A DNA stretch of 64,000 bases from Terracidiphilus sp. (lineage in GTDB: Bacteria > Acidobacteriota > Terriglobia > Terriglobales > Acidobacteriaceae): contig JARLFZ010000003.1 of the NCBI GenBank assembly GCA_031296305.1, positions 20,164 to 84,163 of the forward strand, written 5' to 3'. The translations under genes and the position numbers were made by a program. The notes under the pieces were generated by a model that saw nothing but the letters and a program-made list of their open reading frames with translations, was not told the DNA's origin and ran no database searches. Within the stretch, counting starts at the first letter, position 1; every line of letters begins with the position of its first letter. Below, piece by piece: positions 29,998-39,060 of this stretch.

Positions 29998-30666
29998 TCA
30001 GCGGCTCTTTCCTTTGCGGCTCTTTTTTTGCGGATAGATCATAAAGAAGTCATCGACCGCCTGGCGCACGCGCTTGAGTACAACGCGCCGGCTCCAGGCC
30101 AGGCCGGGGTCGAGCATGCCGTTCAATAGAAAGTCGCCGAGAACGAGGGAGACGAATCGATCTGCGGCGCGGCGGTAGTTGGGGTGTCCGATGCGGCGGG
30201 AGCGCAGGTACTCGGCTAGCAGCGCGTAACCGCGCTCAGAGCACTGGAGTCGAAGCTGACGTGCGAGGCGGGGAAAACTCCGCGCTTCGGCAATCACGAT
30301 GCGGTAAAGGGCCTGGAACTCGGGGTTCGTAAATAAACCCAGCACGGTTTGCCCGATCTCGATGAGTGCAACGCGGGGCGGCTGCTCCGAAGCGATGTAG
30401 GAGTCGTGGCGGGCGAAGAGTTTTTCGGTGTGCGCGCCGATCACGCCGACGAAGAGATCCGCCTTGGTGGGGAACAGCGCATAGAGGGTCTGCTTGGAGG
30501 TGTGGGCGCGGCGGGCGATTTCGTTGGTGTTAGTGCGCTGGAACCCCTTTTCGAGGAAGACAGCGGCGGTGGCGCCGAGAATGCGCGTGCGTTCGATTTC
30601 GCCGAGCGGGGGGCGGCCGCGCGAAGGGTGAGAGGGTTTGAGATTCGGCTTTATCCGGCGAGCCAT
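29998..30666 (-). CDS. TetR/AcrR family regulator
   Basis: N-terminal HTH (FLEKGF...EIARRAHTSKQTLYALFPTKADLF). Confidence 0.92.
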   Translation of the reverse strand: MARRIKPNLKPSHPSRGRPPLGEIERTRILGATAAVFLEKGFQRTNTNEIARRAHTSKQTLYALFPTKADLFVGVIGAHTEKLFARHDSYIASEQPPRVALIEIGQTVLGLFTNPEFQALYRIVIAEARSFPRLARQLRLQCSERGYALLAEYLRSRRIGHPNYRRAADRFVSLVLGDFLLNGMLDPGLAWSRRVVLKRVRQAVDDFFMIYPQKKSRKGKSR

Positions 30667-30674
30667 GAATTATA

Positions 30675-30688
30675 GTACCCATGAGTAC
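30675..30688. promoter_or_regulatory. Candidate TetR operator (imperfect palindrome GTACCCATGAGTAC)
   Basis: Lies 9-22 bp upstream of the tetR start in a divergent intergenic region. Confidence 0.4.
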
Positions 30689-30801
30689 ATTTAATCTGAT
30701 CCGAGTATAGCGCGATGGGCCTGGGCCGGCAAAATGCAGCCGCACGGTCGCGCGTTGTAGGATGGGCCTGAGAGAGCTCCGGCTCGTTGGAGGCTAAGAA
30801 A

Positions 30802-31362
30802 ATGGACGGATTTCGGACTATTCTTACATCTTTGGTTTTGATTGCCGGATTGACGGCAGGTTTGGGTGGGGGCGCGGCGCGGGCGCAGTTACCGGAGCCG
30901 GGAATGACCCAGCAGGCCCCGAATCCGCTCACGGATGCGACTGCAAAGCCGGGCAAGATACTGCTCTACGACTTGGAAGCGCGTTTTGCCAAGGACGTGC
31001 TGGAACGCGGAGGCGCGGGTTTTACCGACTGGTTCGCCGACGACGGCGTGGCGCTGGGTAATGGGGCGGCGCCGCTGGTGGGCAAGGTGGCCATTGCCAA
31101 GGGCGCGAACTGGTCGCCGAAGGACTATGAGCTGACCTGGACGCCGGCCGATGCGATGATGGGGCCCTCCGGCGATATGGGCTATACGTGGGGCCACTTC
31201 GAGGGACGAAGCAAAGACGCCAACGGAAATCCCGTGCTGACTAGCGGGCGCTACATCACCATCTGGCGCAGGCAGACGGACGGCACCTGGAAGGTGGTGC
31301 TGGATGCCGGGGCGAACGAGCCGCCGGCGGCGGGAGATTGCTGCAAATTGCCGGGACATTGA
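30802..31362 (+). CDS. DUF4440 / NTF2-like secreted protein
   Basis: Motifs SGDMGYTWG and GRYITIWRRQTDGTWKVVLD; signal peptide. Confidence 0.85.
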   Translation: MDGFRTILTSLVLIAGLTAGLGGGAARAQLPEPGMTQQAPNPLTDATAKPGKILLYDLEARFAKDVLERGGAGFTDWFADDGVALGNGAAPLVGKVAIAKGANWSPKDYELTWTPADAMMGPSGDMGYTWGHFEGRSKDANGNPVLTSGRYITIWRRQTDGTWKVVLDAGANEPPAAGDCCKLPGH

Positions 31363-31370
31363 AAGACGGG

Positions 31371-31480
31371 GAGTGAAGAGAGCGAAGTAAGTGAAGAGGC
31401 TCTGAAGGCGCTTCTCCCAGTTGCTGACGGTCTGCGCCGCGTTCTTTTCACGGATTTCACTGTTTTCACTTCCTTCACTC
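31371..31480. repeat. Inverted pair of 9-bp-period (A)GTGAA tandem tracts
   Basis: Left GAGTGAAGAG-AGCGAAGTA-AGTGAAGAG; right TTCACGGAT-TTCACTGTT-TTCACTTCC-TTCACTC. Confidence 0.6.
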
Positions 31481-31720
31481 GTTCGCGTATTTCTGCTCCG
31501 CGGTTCCCCCAATCGCGGATAGTAACTATCTTCAAGTGCCCATCGTAACTTCGAGCGAATCGAACGCGCGAAAAATTGCGGGTACTTGGGTTGTAAGTCT
31601 TTTGCACACAATTACCTACTTTGGGGAAGAGCCAACTGTGTCAATCACCCGGATACTAACAATTGGGTGCGTGTAACTATGTGCGCAGTGCTCGGTTCGC
31701 AAGGCGGCGAGAACCAGGAT

Positions 31721-34096
31721 ATGGGCGTGCGTTCGGAGCTATGTGTCTTCGATCGCAACTCCGACCCCGGGCTGGACGAGCTGACTGAGCTTGCCGCGGT
31801 GTTGTGCAATGCTGACTACGCTTATCTGGGCTGGATGGACTACAACCGGCTTTGGTTCAGATCGCGCTACGGATTCCGTGGGAGCGACCAGCCGCGCGCG
31901 GCCACGGCCTGCCAGTGGATGCTGGAAAAGGGCCAGCCGCTGCTGATCGCGGATGCCAGCCAGGATCCGCGCTTCCCGCCCACCGGCATACCGCTGCCCA
32001 ATGCCGATCCCTGCCTTTCCTATGCGGGCGTTCCGCTGCTTTCCGGTGACATGCAGATCGTTGGCACGTTAGCGATGCTGGCGCGCACGCCGGACCGATT
32101 CAAGCCGGAGCATCTGACTCTGCTGGAAACTCTGGGACGGCAGGTGGTGACGCGGCTGGAGTTGTACAGCCGCATTCGCATGCAGGAACAAGCGCAGCGG
32201 CAACGGCAGCGGACCGAGCGGGCGCTGGCCATCGAGCGCTGCTTTGTGGCTGCCACACTGGACTCGATTCCCGCGCTGGTGACGGTGCTGGATACGGCGG
32301 GGCGCGTGGTGAGGATGAACGAACCCTGCTCGCAGTTGACCGGAATAAGTTTGGCCCACGCCATCGGGCTGCCGTTTGTGGAGGAATTTCTGGAGGAGAG
32401 GGACCGCTCGTGGGTTGTGAGCAAATTGCGCGACGCGGTGGTGGGGCAGGGGAGCGGGCCGCATGAAACGGCCTGGCGAGGAGTGGGCGGCAGTTCGCGG
32501 CGCGTGAGCTGGACACTGCGGCCTCTGCAAGGGCCGACGGGCGAGATCCAGTATTTGATTGTGAGCGGGCAGGACGTGACCGACCAGCGCGCGATGGAGA
32601 AGGCGCTGCTCTCGAGCGAGATCCGCTATCGCGAGATGGTGGAGAACAGTTTGGGGTTTGTCTTCACCTGCTCAATGGAGGGACGGGTGACTTCGCTGAA
32701 CGCGTTTACCGCGGAGACCCTGGGGTATCGTCCCGAAGATATGGTGGGGCGCATGCTGACGGAGTTGATGGACGCGACGGGGGTGGCCACATTCCAGGAT
32801 TGCCTGAACACAGTGGAAACGGACGAGGAGTGGCAGGGAGCGCTGTCGTTGCGGCGCAGCGATGGAGTGTACCGGCGCTTTGCGGTGCACAGCCGGAGCA
32901 TGCAACTGGCCGGCGAGCGCTCCTTTGCGATCGTGCACGGCATGGACGTAACCGAGCAGTACGAGGCCGAGGAAGCGTTGCACCTGGCCACACGGCAACG
33001 CGAACTGATTCTGGAGTCGGTGGGGGACGGCATCTTCGGCATCGACCTGGACGGCAAGGTGACGTTTATTAACGAGGCGGGCGCGAGCACGCTGGGATAC
33101 GCACCGGAGCGGATAACGGGACGCGACCTGCACGAGCTCATCCACCACAGCCACGCCGACGGGACTCCGTATTCGCGATCGACCAGCCCGATTCTGCAGG
33201 CGCTGCGGCGCGCGGAGCCGATCCGCATGCGGGACGAGGTCTTCTGGCGCAGGAACGGCAGCGCAATCCAGGTGGAGTACAGCGCGAATCCGTTGCTGGA
33301 AGACGGCCAGGTTTCGGGCATGGTAGTGGCCTTCCAGGACGTGAGCGAGAGGCGGCGCCTCGAACGCATGAAGGACGAGTTCATTTCCACGGTGAGCCAC
33401 GAGCTGCGCACGCCGCTGACTTCGCTGCGAGCATCCCTTGGATTGATTCAGTCGGGCGCGCTCGACAAGCGGCCGGAGAAGCAGCGCCAGATGGTGGAAA
33501 TGGCAATCGGCAACTGCGACCGGCTGACGCGGCTGGTGAACGACATTCTGGATTTCGACGGCGCGGAGAAACGGCGGTTGCCGCTCGACCGTGAGCCGGT
33601 AGAAGCCATCGACCTGCTGCGGCGCGCGGCCGACGTGGCGCACGGCGCGGCGACAAAGGCACGTATGGAGTTCCGCATCGACGCCAAGGCGTCGCCAGTG
33701 TTTGCCGACTCGGAACGTGTGATGCGGGTGCTGAACGAACTGGTGACTAACGCCATCAAGTTCTCGCCGCCGGGCACGACCATTCAATTAAGCGCGCAGG
33801 ATGTGGCCGGAAGCGGCCCGGATGACAGCGCTTCAGGAACGAGGGAAGTGTGCTTTATGGTTGCGGACGAGGGGCGCGGCATTGCGCCCGAGAAACTGGA
33901 GCGCATCTTCGAGCCGTTCCATCAGGGCGATGCCTCAGACTCGCGGGCGTTGGGCGGGACGGGCCTGGGATTGGCGCTTTGCCGCAGCATCGTGGAGCAG
34001 CACGGTGGGCGCATCTGGGCCGAAAGCGAGCTGGGCAACGGAAGCAGGTTCTTGTTTACGCTGCCGGCGGCATCGTTTGTTGATCCCGCAAAATGA
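31721..34096 (+). CDS. Cytoplasmic GAF-PAS-PAS-PAS sensor histidine kinase
   Basis: GAF (YAGVPL), three PAS repeats, VSHELRTPL, NAIKFS, DEGRGI and GTGLGL; start uncertain. Confidence 0.92.
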   Translation: MGVRSELCVFDRNSDPGLDELTELAAVLCNADYAYLGWMDYNRLWFRSRYGFRGSDQPRAATACQWMLEKGQPLLIADASQDPRFPPTGIPLPNADPCLSYAGVPLLSGDMQIVGTLAMLARTPDRFKPEHLTLLETLGRQVVTRLELYSRIRMQEQAQRQRQRTERALAIERCFVAATLDSIPALVTVLDTAGRVVRMNEPCSQLTGISLAHAIGLPFVEEFLEERDRSWVVSKLRDAVVGQGSGPHETAWRGVGGSSRRVSWTLRPLQGPTGEIQYLIVSGQDVTDQRAMEKALLSSEIRYREMVENSLGFVFTCSMEGRVTSLNAFTAETLGYRPEDMVGRMLTELMDATGVATFQDCLNTVETDEEWQGALSLRRSDGVYRRFAVHSRSMQLAGERSFAIVHGMDVTEQYEAEEALHLATRQRELILESVGDGIFGIDLDGKVTFINEAGASTLGYAPERITGRDLHELIHHSHADGTPYSRSTSPILQALRRAEPIRMRDEVFWRRNGSAIQVEYSANPLLEDGQVSGMVVAFQDVSERRRLERMKDEFISTVSHELRTPLTSLRASLGLIQSGALDKRPEKQRQMVEMAIGNCDRLTRLVNDILDFDGAEKRRLPLDREPVEAIDLLRRAADVAHGAATKARMEFRIDAKASPVFADSERVMRVLNELVTNAIKFSPPGTTIQLSAQDVAGSGPDDSASGTREVCFMVADEGRGIAPEKLERIFEPFHQGDASDSRALGGTGLGLALCRSIVEQHGGRIWAESELGNGSRFLFTLPAASFVDPAK

Positions 34097-34188
34097 TTGC
34101 CTTCGATCAAGGACAAATCGTCGAGGAGTAGCCCACTGGGTCTCCCTTCCGGGCGGGTCAGAGGTAGAACTTGCGGCGGAAAATCCGA

Positions 34189-34217
34189 TAGACATTCTCT
34201 GCAAAGGTTGGTATTCT
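34189..34217 (+). promoter_or_regulatory. Candidate sigma70 promoter TAGACA-N17-TATTCT
   Basis: Near-consensus hexamers with 17-bp spacing upstream of 34394. Confidence 0.5.
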
Positions 34218-34393
34218 CGGCACTAAATTCCCCCACGGGCGGCTCTTACCCTTTCTGGCATTCTTTCTATGGCCCGCTTTCAGCCTGTCCGGGCAACTCG
34301 CGGCCCCTGCGCAGATTGATACCGTCTTTATTTCCTTTTGCTCCGATATTGAACGCAGCACAGCGGCATCCGCCAGTTCCCTGGAGGTTCTGA

Positions 34394-37063
34394 ATGTCTG
34401 TCTCGTTGTCTCCTCGCCTTGTTCTCGCGGTAACCGTTGTGGCGGCGGCATTTCTGCTCGCGATTGCCTCAGCGCCAACAGCCCATGCGCAGGACTTCTC
34501 TCGTCCCGCCCAATCCCCGGGCACCAACGTGGATTCGAGCGACTATGGCGCAGGCGGTCATATGAACGCAACCGTCAACCAGGCCACGGGCGAGCTTGTT
34601 GGCCAGGTGTTCGATCCCAAAAACAATCTGCGCCGCGAAGTAAAAGAGACGTATTCGATCGATGGCGGAACGAAGCACGAGGCCGAAAGGCTGGTCTATG
34701 ACTTCGGCTTCAACGGCAACCTTCTGGACAAGATCGACTACAAATTCGACCTAAAGGGCGGACTCTCTTATCTGGACAACGAGCATTTTGGCCTGCATGG
34801 CGAGCGCACGTGGGAACAGAAGACTACATATAGACCCGACGGTTTTGACGCCAGCACCTGGCACGTCGGCCTGGACTACGAGCACGCGTGGACCAAAGAA
34901 ACCACGACCTACAAGCCGCCGCCCACGGCGACAGGCAAGCCTGCAAAGCCGAATGCGCAGCCACTACAGGCTCCGCCGCCAACCACGATGCAGGTTGGCG
35001 TGCTCTTCCCCAGAGATTTCCACGCCGGTGAGACCGTTACCGGTTCGCTCTGGCCAGCCACTTATGCCGAGGGATTCAAGACGGTTCCCGGCCTCAGCGA
35101 ATACACCTTCCCCATTGAGATCGCGCATCTGCCGGACGGCACTCCATCGTGGTCGAGCCTTGAGATCGGCGTCAAGAATGACGGCTATTGGCCCGTCAAT
35201 CCCAACGGCACATTTTCTGTTCACATCCCCGGCACATGGACTGGCCCCCTGCAATTGCAAACGCGCGACCTCTACTCGTTGCCCGGCGCCGTGCCCAGCA
35301 GTGCGCTGCTCGATATCGGCAACCCGGTTGCCGCGCCGACCCTCCCCAGTAATCTCCTCTCTCCAAAAGTCACTGGATTCGCCAAGGCAGAGAATCTCGC
35401 GTATCTCAAACATCTCTGGAATCTGGCCCGCGATCTCGAAATTGATTTCAATGAAGCTGAAGACATTAACGACGACGATTTTTATTGGGCCACGAGGGAC
35501 GACTTAGAAGAGTATGAGTACTACTTATGGAACGAGATTGACGATGTTATCGACAGTCTTCCGCCTTCAGATGTGGCGCAGTTAGCCAGCGACCAGATAA
35601 AGAAAGCCGACGAGCGCATCAAGACGCTGGAAAACGGGCCACAAACTGCAGACAATGCGGCCGAGATCAAGGATTTGCAAGGCTGGATAGACTTTCTTGA
35701 CGACGAGGTGGGACACGCGCTCTGGCTCGCCGGCGATCATTTTTGGATAGCAGAAAGCCCGTATTGGACTAACCCCATCCTGACTCAAGGCAAGCTGGGC
35801 GCAGTTCGCGGCAACTTCTACGACGACCCGCTCGACACAAACCTTCACATCGGCACGAATACCATCTGGCCTCTGGCTGGTACGGGCAGTGAACTCTACT
35901 TCATGCCTCCCATCAACCTGACGCCGGGTCTCAACAATCTCATTCTTGACGGGCCCGCAATGCCGCCGACCGAGATGCCGGTTTTTTATATGACCCTGAC
36001 GATGTGGGCCGATCAGCTCAACCTTCACAAAGGCCAATCGACCACCTACTATGTCAAGCTCGACGGACTCAGCGGGCTGCCCAGCTCTGCGTGGAGTTCT
36101 TCCTTCTTTCCCAGCGACCTGGTCAGTCCTTCCGAGTTGAGCGGTGGCTCCGGCGCATCTTCCGCGCCCGACAATTCGCAGTCCGGCTACATCACGCTCG
36201 CGGTGACCAATGAATCGCCCGGCACCATCACCATGAAGAACACTTTCAGCACGCTCGACGCAAAATTGTTCGCTCCGTCGGGCTCGTATCAGATCAGCGG
36301 TGGAGTCGGCGCCATCGCGGATGGTGGGTTCAACATCCTCGGCGTAGCCCGCGCGTACCTGCAACCCGAGCTGGGATTCGGGTATCCGCAAGGCTCCACG
36401 CCGCCTGTGTCGTCGGGTTTCGGCGACTCCATCTGGAATCCGAGCACGCACCTGGAATACAAGCCAGACTCGACCGCGGGACTCTACTCCCTGGCCGACT
36501 GCTCCGCGGGAGGCATTGCGTGCAGTGGATACGGGCAGCCGGTCTTGAGTGAAGGGCCGCAAGGCTCGACCGCCAATGCAACCCAGCGTGTGAGTGACGC
36601 ACAGAAAAAATACGACGCGGCACACGTGAGGGCCTTGAATGCAGCGGACGCCGCGCGCACCGCTCTCAAGACGCTGGAAAAGGACGCGCCCGCGCAGTCG
36701 CAGGCCTATCATCAGGCAATTCGCGCACAGGCCAACGCCGAGATCGATCACCACGATGCCTACGATGAATTCAACAAAAACCCGAGCGCAGAGACCCTTC
36801 GCAAACTCGACGAAGCCGGCGTAAAGCGAGCTCAAGCCACAAAGGCATTAGAAGCTGCGCGGCAGGATCTCATCGATCACGCCACCCCTGAGCATCGGGC
36901 CGCATGGCAAGCCGCCAACGACGCTCTCAAGCAGGCGACGTATTCAGAGATGGACGCGAGGGACGAACTGAAAGCCGCGCAGGATGCAGCGGCCGAGACT
37001 CCCAATGTTCCGCCGCCGCCGCAGCCGGGTACGCCCGTGCCAAACGTTCACCCTCCGCAGTGA
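34394..37063 (+). CDS. Large secreted multidomain hypothetical protein (889 aa)
   Basis: Signal peptide (AHA-QD), SD GGAGG, long open frame; beta-rich, acidic-helical and coiled-coil segments. Confidence 0.85.
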   Translation: MSVSLSPRLVLAVTVVAAAFLLAIASAPTAHAQDFSRPAQSPGTNVDSSDYGAGGHMNATVNQATGELVGQVFDPKNNLRREVKETYSIDGGTKHEAERLVYDFGFNGNLLDKIDYKFDLKGGLSYLDNEHFGLHGERTWEQKTTYRPDGFDASTWHVGLDYEHAWTKETTTYKPPPTATGKPAKPNAQPLQAPPPTTMQVGVLFPRDFHAGETVTGSLWPATYAEGFKTVPGLSEYTFPIEIAHLPDGTPSWSSLEIGVKNDGYWPVNPNGTFSVHIPGTWTGPLQLQTRDLYSLPGAVPSSALLDIGNPVAAPTLPSNLLSPKVTGFAKAENLAYLKHLWNLARDLEIDFNEAEDINDDDFYWATRDDLEEYEYYLWNEIDDVIDSLPPSDVAQLASDQIKKADERIKTLENGPQTADNAAEIKDLQGWIDFLDDEVGHALWLAGDHFWIAESPYWTNPILTQGKLGAVRGNFYDDPLDTNLHIGTNTIWPLAGTGSELYFMPPINLTPGLNNLILDGPAMPPTEMPVFYMTLTMWADQLNLHKGQSTTYYVKLDGLSGLPSSAWSSSFFPSDLVSPSELSGGSGASSAPDNSQSGYITLAVTNESPGTITMKNTFSTLDAKLFAPSGSYQISGGVGAIADGGFNILGVARAYLQPELGFGYPQGSTPPVSSGFGDSIWNPSTHLEYKPDSTAGLYSLADCSAGGIACSGYGQPVLSEGPQGSTANATQRVSDAQKKYDAAHVRALNAADAARTALKTLEKDAPAQSQAYHQAIRAQANAEIDHHDAYDEFNKNPSAETLRKLDEAGVKRAQATKALEAARQDLIDHATPEHRAAWQAANDALKQATYSEMDARDELKAAQDAAAETPNVPPPPQPGTPVPNVHPPQ

Positions 37064-37069
37064 GCGGGC

Positions 37070-37100
37070 TTTCTGCAGTGGAAATCTTCGCTGCAGAAAA
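37070..37100. terminator. Hairpin between convergent genes
   Basis: TTTCTGCAGTGGAA-ATC-TTCGCTGCAGAAA. Confidence 0.5.
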
Positions 37101-37217
37101 CACACTGCGCAAGCTTGATTCGTTCCGGTCGGTCCCTCTGGAACGCACCAAAACCAGCGCCCCAGGGTCTAACCTGATCTTGAAGAAGGGACGCGATTCG
37201 TCCGGCGAGCTACGTTC

Positions 37218-38681
37218 TTACTGTTGGCGAGGCTCGAGAGTGAAATAGAAGGTGGCGCCCTTATCGACCTCGCCTTCCGCCCACACTTCTCCACCATGGC
37301 GGCGGATAATTTTTTCAACTGTTGCCAAGCCAATACCGGTACCTGGAAAATCGCTGGTGGCATGGAGCCTTTGGAAGGGCTTGAAGAGCTTGTCAGCAAA
37401 TCGCTGGTCGAAACCGGCGCCGTTGTCGCGAACGTAAAAGACTGAGACGTTGCCCTGCTGCGAACAGCCGAATTCTATCCGCGCACGATCGGTGCGCCCG
37501 GTAAACTTCCAGGCATTGCGGAGAAGATTCTGCACGACAACATGCATCAAGCCCGGATCGGCGTTCACAAGGCATTTCCTGGCGATAATGGTTTCCACCT
37601 TCCTTTCGGGTTGCTCCATGGTGAGCCGCTCAAGGACTGAAGTGGCCAGAAGGCTGAGATCGGTTTGTTGGGATTCCAGGGGAACACTCGTCGAGCGGGA
37701 GAGATCCAACAGATCGTCGATCATGGCCGACATGGTCCTGACCGAAATGCCAAGTTGTGCCAGCATGGGCGCAACTCCCTCAGACAGCTCTGCTCCGTCC
37801 TTTTGCTGAATGAGGTAGCTGATATTGTTGACGGATTGAAGAGGGCCGCGCAGGTCGTGGGCCACGGTGTAAGAAAACGCTTCGAGCTCGTGGTTGGCGG
37901 CTTGCAATTCGGCCGTGCGTTCCTCCACGCGGAGCTCGAGGCTGACCCTGGCCTGCTCCAGGGCTTCATCGCGGTGTTGGATTTCAGCAAGCATTTCATT
38001 GAACGCTTCAGTGAGCGAAACCAGTTCGTTGTAATTCCGGTCCGGAGTGAAACGCAGGGAGTAATCGCGATAACGGGAAACCAGGCGCGCGGTATTGGAA
38101 AGCGAAACGATGGGTTTGGCCAAGAGCCGGCGAAATACTGTACCTACCAGCAAGGCCGCGGCGAGGCAGATGAGCAGGACGCCCGCTGCGATCGCGGCAT
38201 ATCGGATGGCCTGACGGCGGAGGCCGGTGAGATGCGCCTGCACATAGACAATGCCTATCGGCTTGCCCTGGAAGTCGATGCGCGACGCGATCAGAATATC
38301 GGGTCCTTCGGTCCAGTGCTGAAGCGTGCTGGAATTCGCCAGAGGGCGCCTCTCCATTGAAATCGCTCCATTGGCCGGGTACTGGGCGAATGGGACGCCT
38401 TCCTGCGTATAGATTGCGGCGGCAACAATATCGCTGGAGTGGCTGAGTGCCGATAATGTGGTCTCCGCCGAGGTCCGGTCGTCAAACACAATGGCGGAGA
38501 CGCTGTTGGAGCCTACAATCTGCGCTTCGCCGGAAAGGCTTGCGATAGCGGCATCGCGGAGTGAGAAAAGGTTGTAGCCGAGGAACGAAACATAGACCAG
38601 CATCAGCGCGATGCCACTGGCCAGAAGATTCATCCATATGAGCATTGAGGCGATAGAACGCTGGCGGGAGGGAAGCTTCAT
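37218..38681 (-). CDS. Membrane sensor histidine kinase (CHASE8-like periplasmic domain, HAMP, HisKA, HATPase)
   Basis: Two TM helices flanking NSVSAIVFDD...AETTLSAL; motifs FSYTVAHDLRGPL, NAWKFT, DNGAGFD and GTGIGLA. Confidence 0.92.
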   Translation of the reverse strand: MKLPSRQRSIASMLIWMNLLASGIALMLVYVSFLGYNLFSLRDAAIASLSGEAQIVGSNSVSAIVFDDRTSAETTLSALSHSSDIVAAAIYTQEGVPFAQYPANGAISMERRPLANSSTLQHWTEGPDILIASRIDFQGKPIGIVYVQAHLTGLRRQAIRYAAIAAGVLLICLAAALLVGTVFRRLLAKPIVSLSNTARLVSRYRDYSLRFTPDRNYNELVSLTEAFNEMLAEIQHRDEALEQARVSLELRVEERTAELQAANHELEAFSYTVAHDLRGPLQSVNNISYLIQQKDGAELSEGVAPMLAQLGISVRTMSAMIDDLLDLSRSTSVPLESQQTDLSLLATSVLERLTMEQPERKVETIIARKCLVNADPGLMHVVVQNLLRNAWKFTGRTDRARIEFGCSQQGNVSVFYVRDNGAGFDQRFADKLFKPFQRLHATSDFPGTGIGLATVEKIIRRHGGEVWAEGEVDKGATFYFTLEPRQQ

Positions 38682-38818
38682 CTCTCTTCCTCCCGCGAGA
38701 GACGCTTCAGGCTGGTCGTCTGCGAGGCATCGGCTGCGATGCAGAAAGGCGAGACGGCAACGGCTACCAATCCAAAAGCGACGAATCTCTTCAATACCCG
38801 TCTTGCTAGTGTGGGCAT
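38678..38818 (-). pseudogene. 46-codon remnant resembling the N-terminus of a TonB-dependent receptor
   Basis: MPTLARRVLKRFVAFGLVAVAVSPFCIAADASQTTSLKRLSREEER*: a signal peptide plus SLKRLS, ending in an ATGA overlap with the kinase. Confidence 0.5.
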
Positions 38819-39060
38819 ACGTACCGTCGCGAGGCTCGAGGATGCGAAACTCAAGGATTTAGAAAGCAGTAGGGGGAAGGCCCAATTCTGAGTGTTGGAT
38901 GTCGAAATGGGTTCATGGGGTTGTCTGGAAATTCGATATTTGCTATGCCGCGCATACACGCGCCGTCTATCCGCGTGCCATGAGACAATGCCATCGGCGG
39001 CAATTCCCCGCTTTGAAATCGAGACCACCGGTCAACGATTCCTGAGGGTCCCGGGGGTTC

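Noticed and set aside
28395-30666. EmrB-like pump without EmrA/TolC as a novel system
   Set aside because: Stand-alone DHA2 plus TetR pairs are common.
38819-39060. c-di-AMP (ydaO) riboswitch upstream of the KimA-like permease
   Set aside because: Conserved aptamer motifs not seen by eye; an Rfam scan would settle it.
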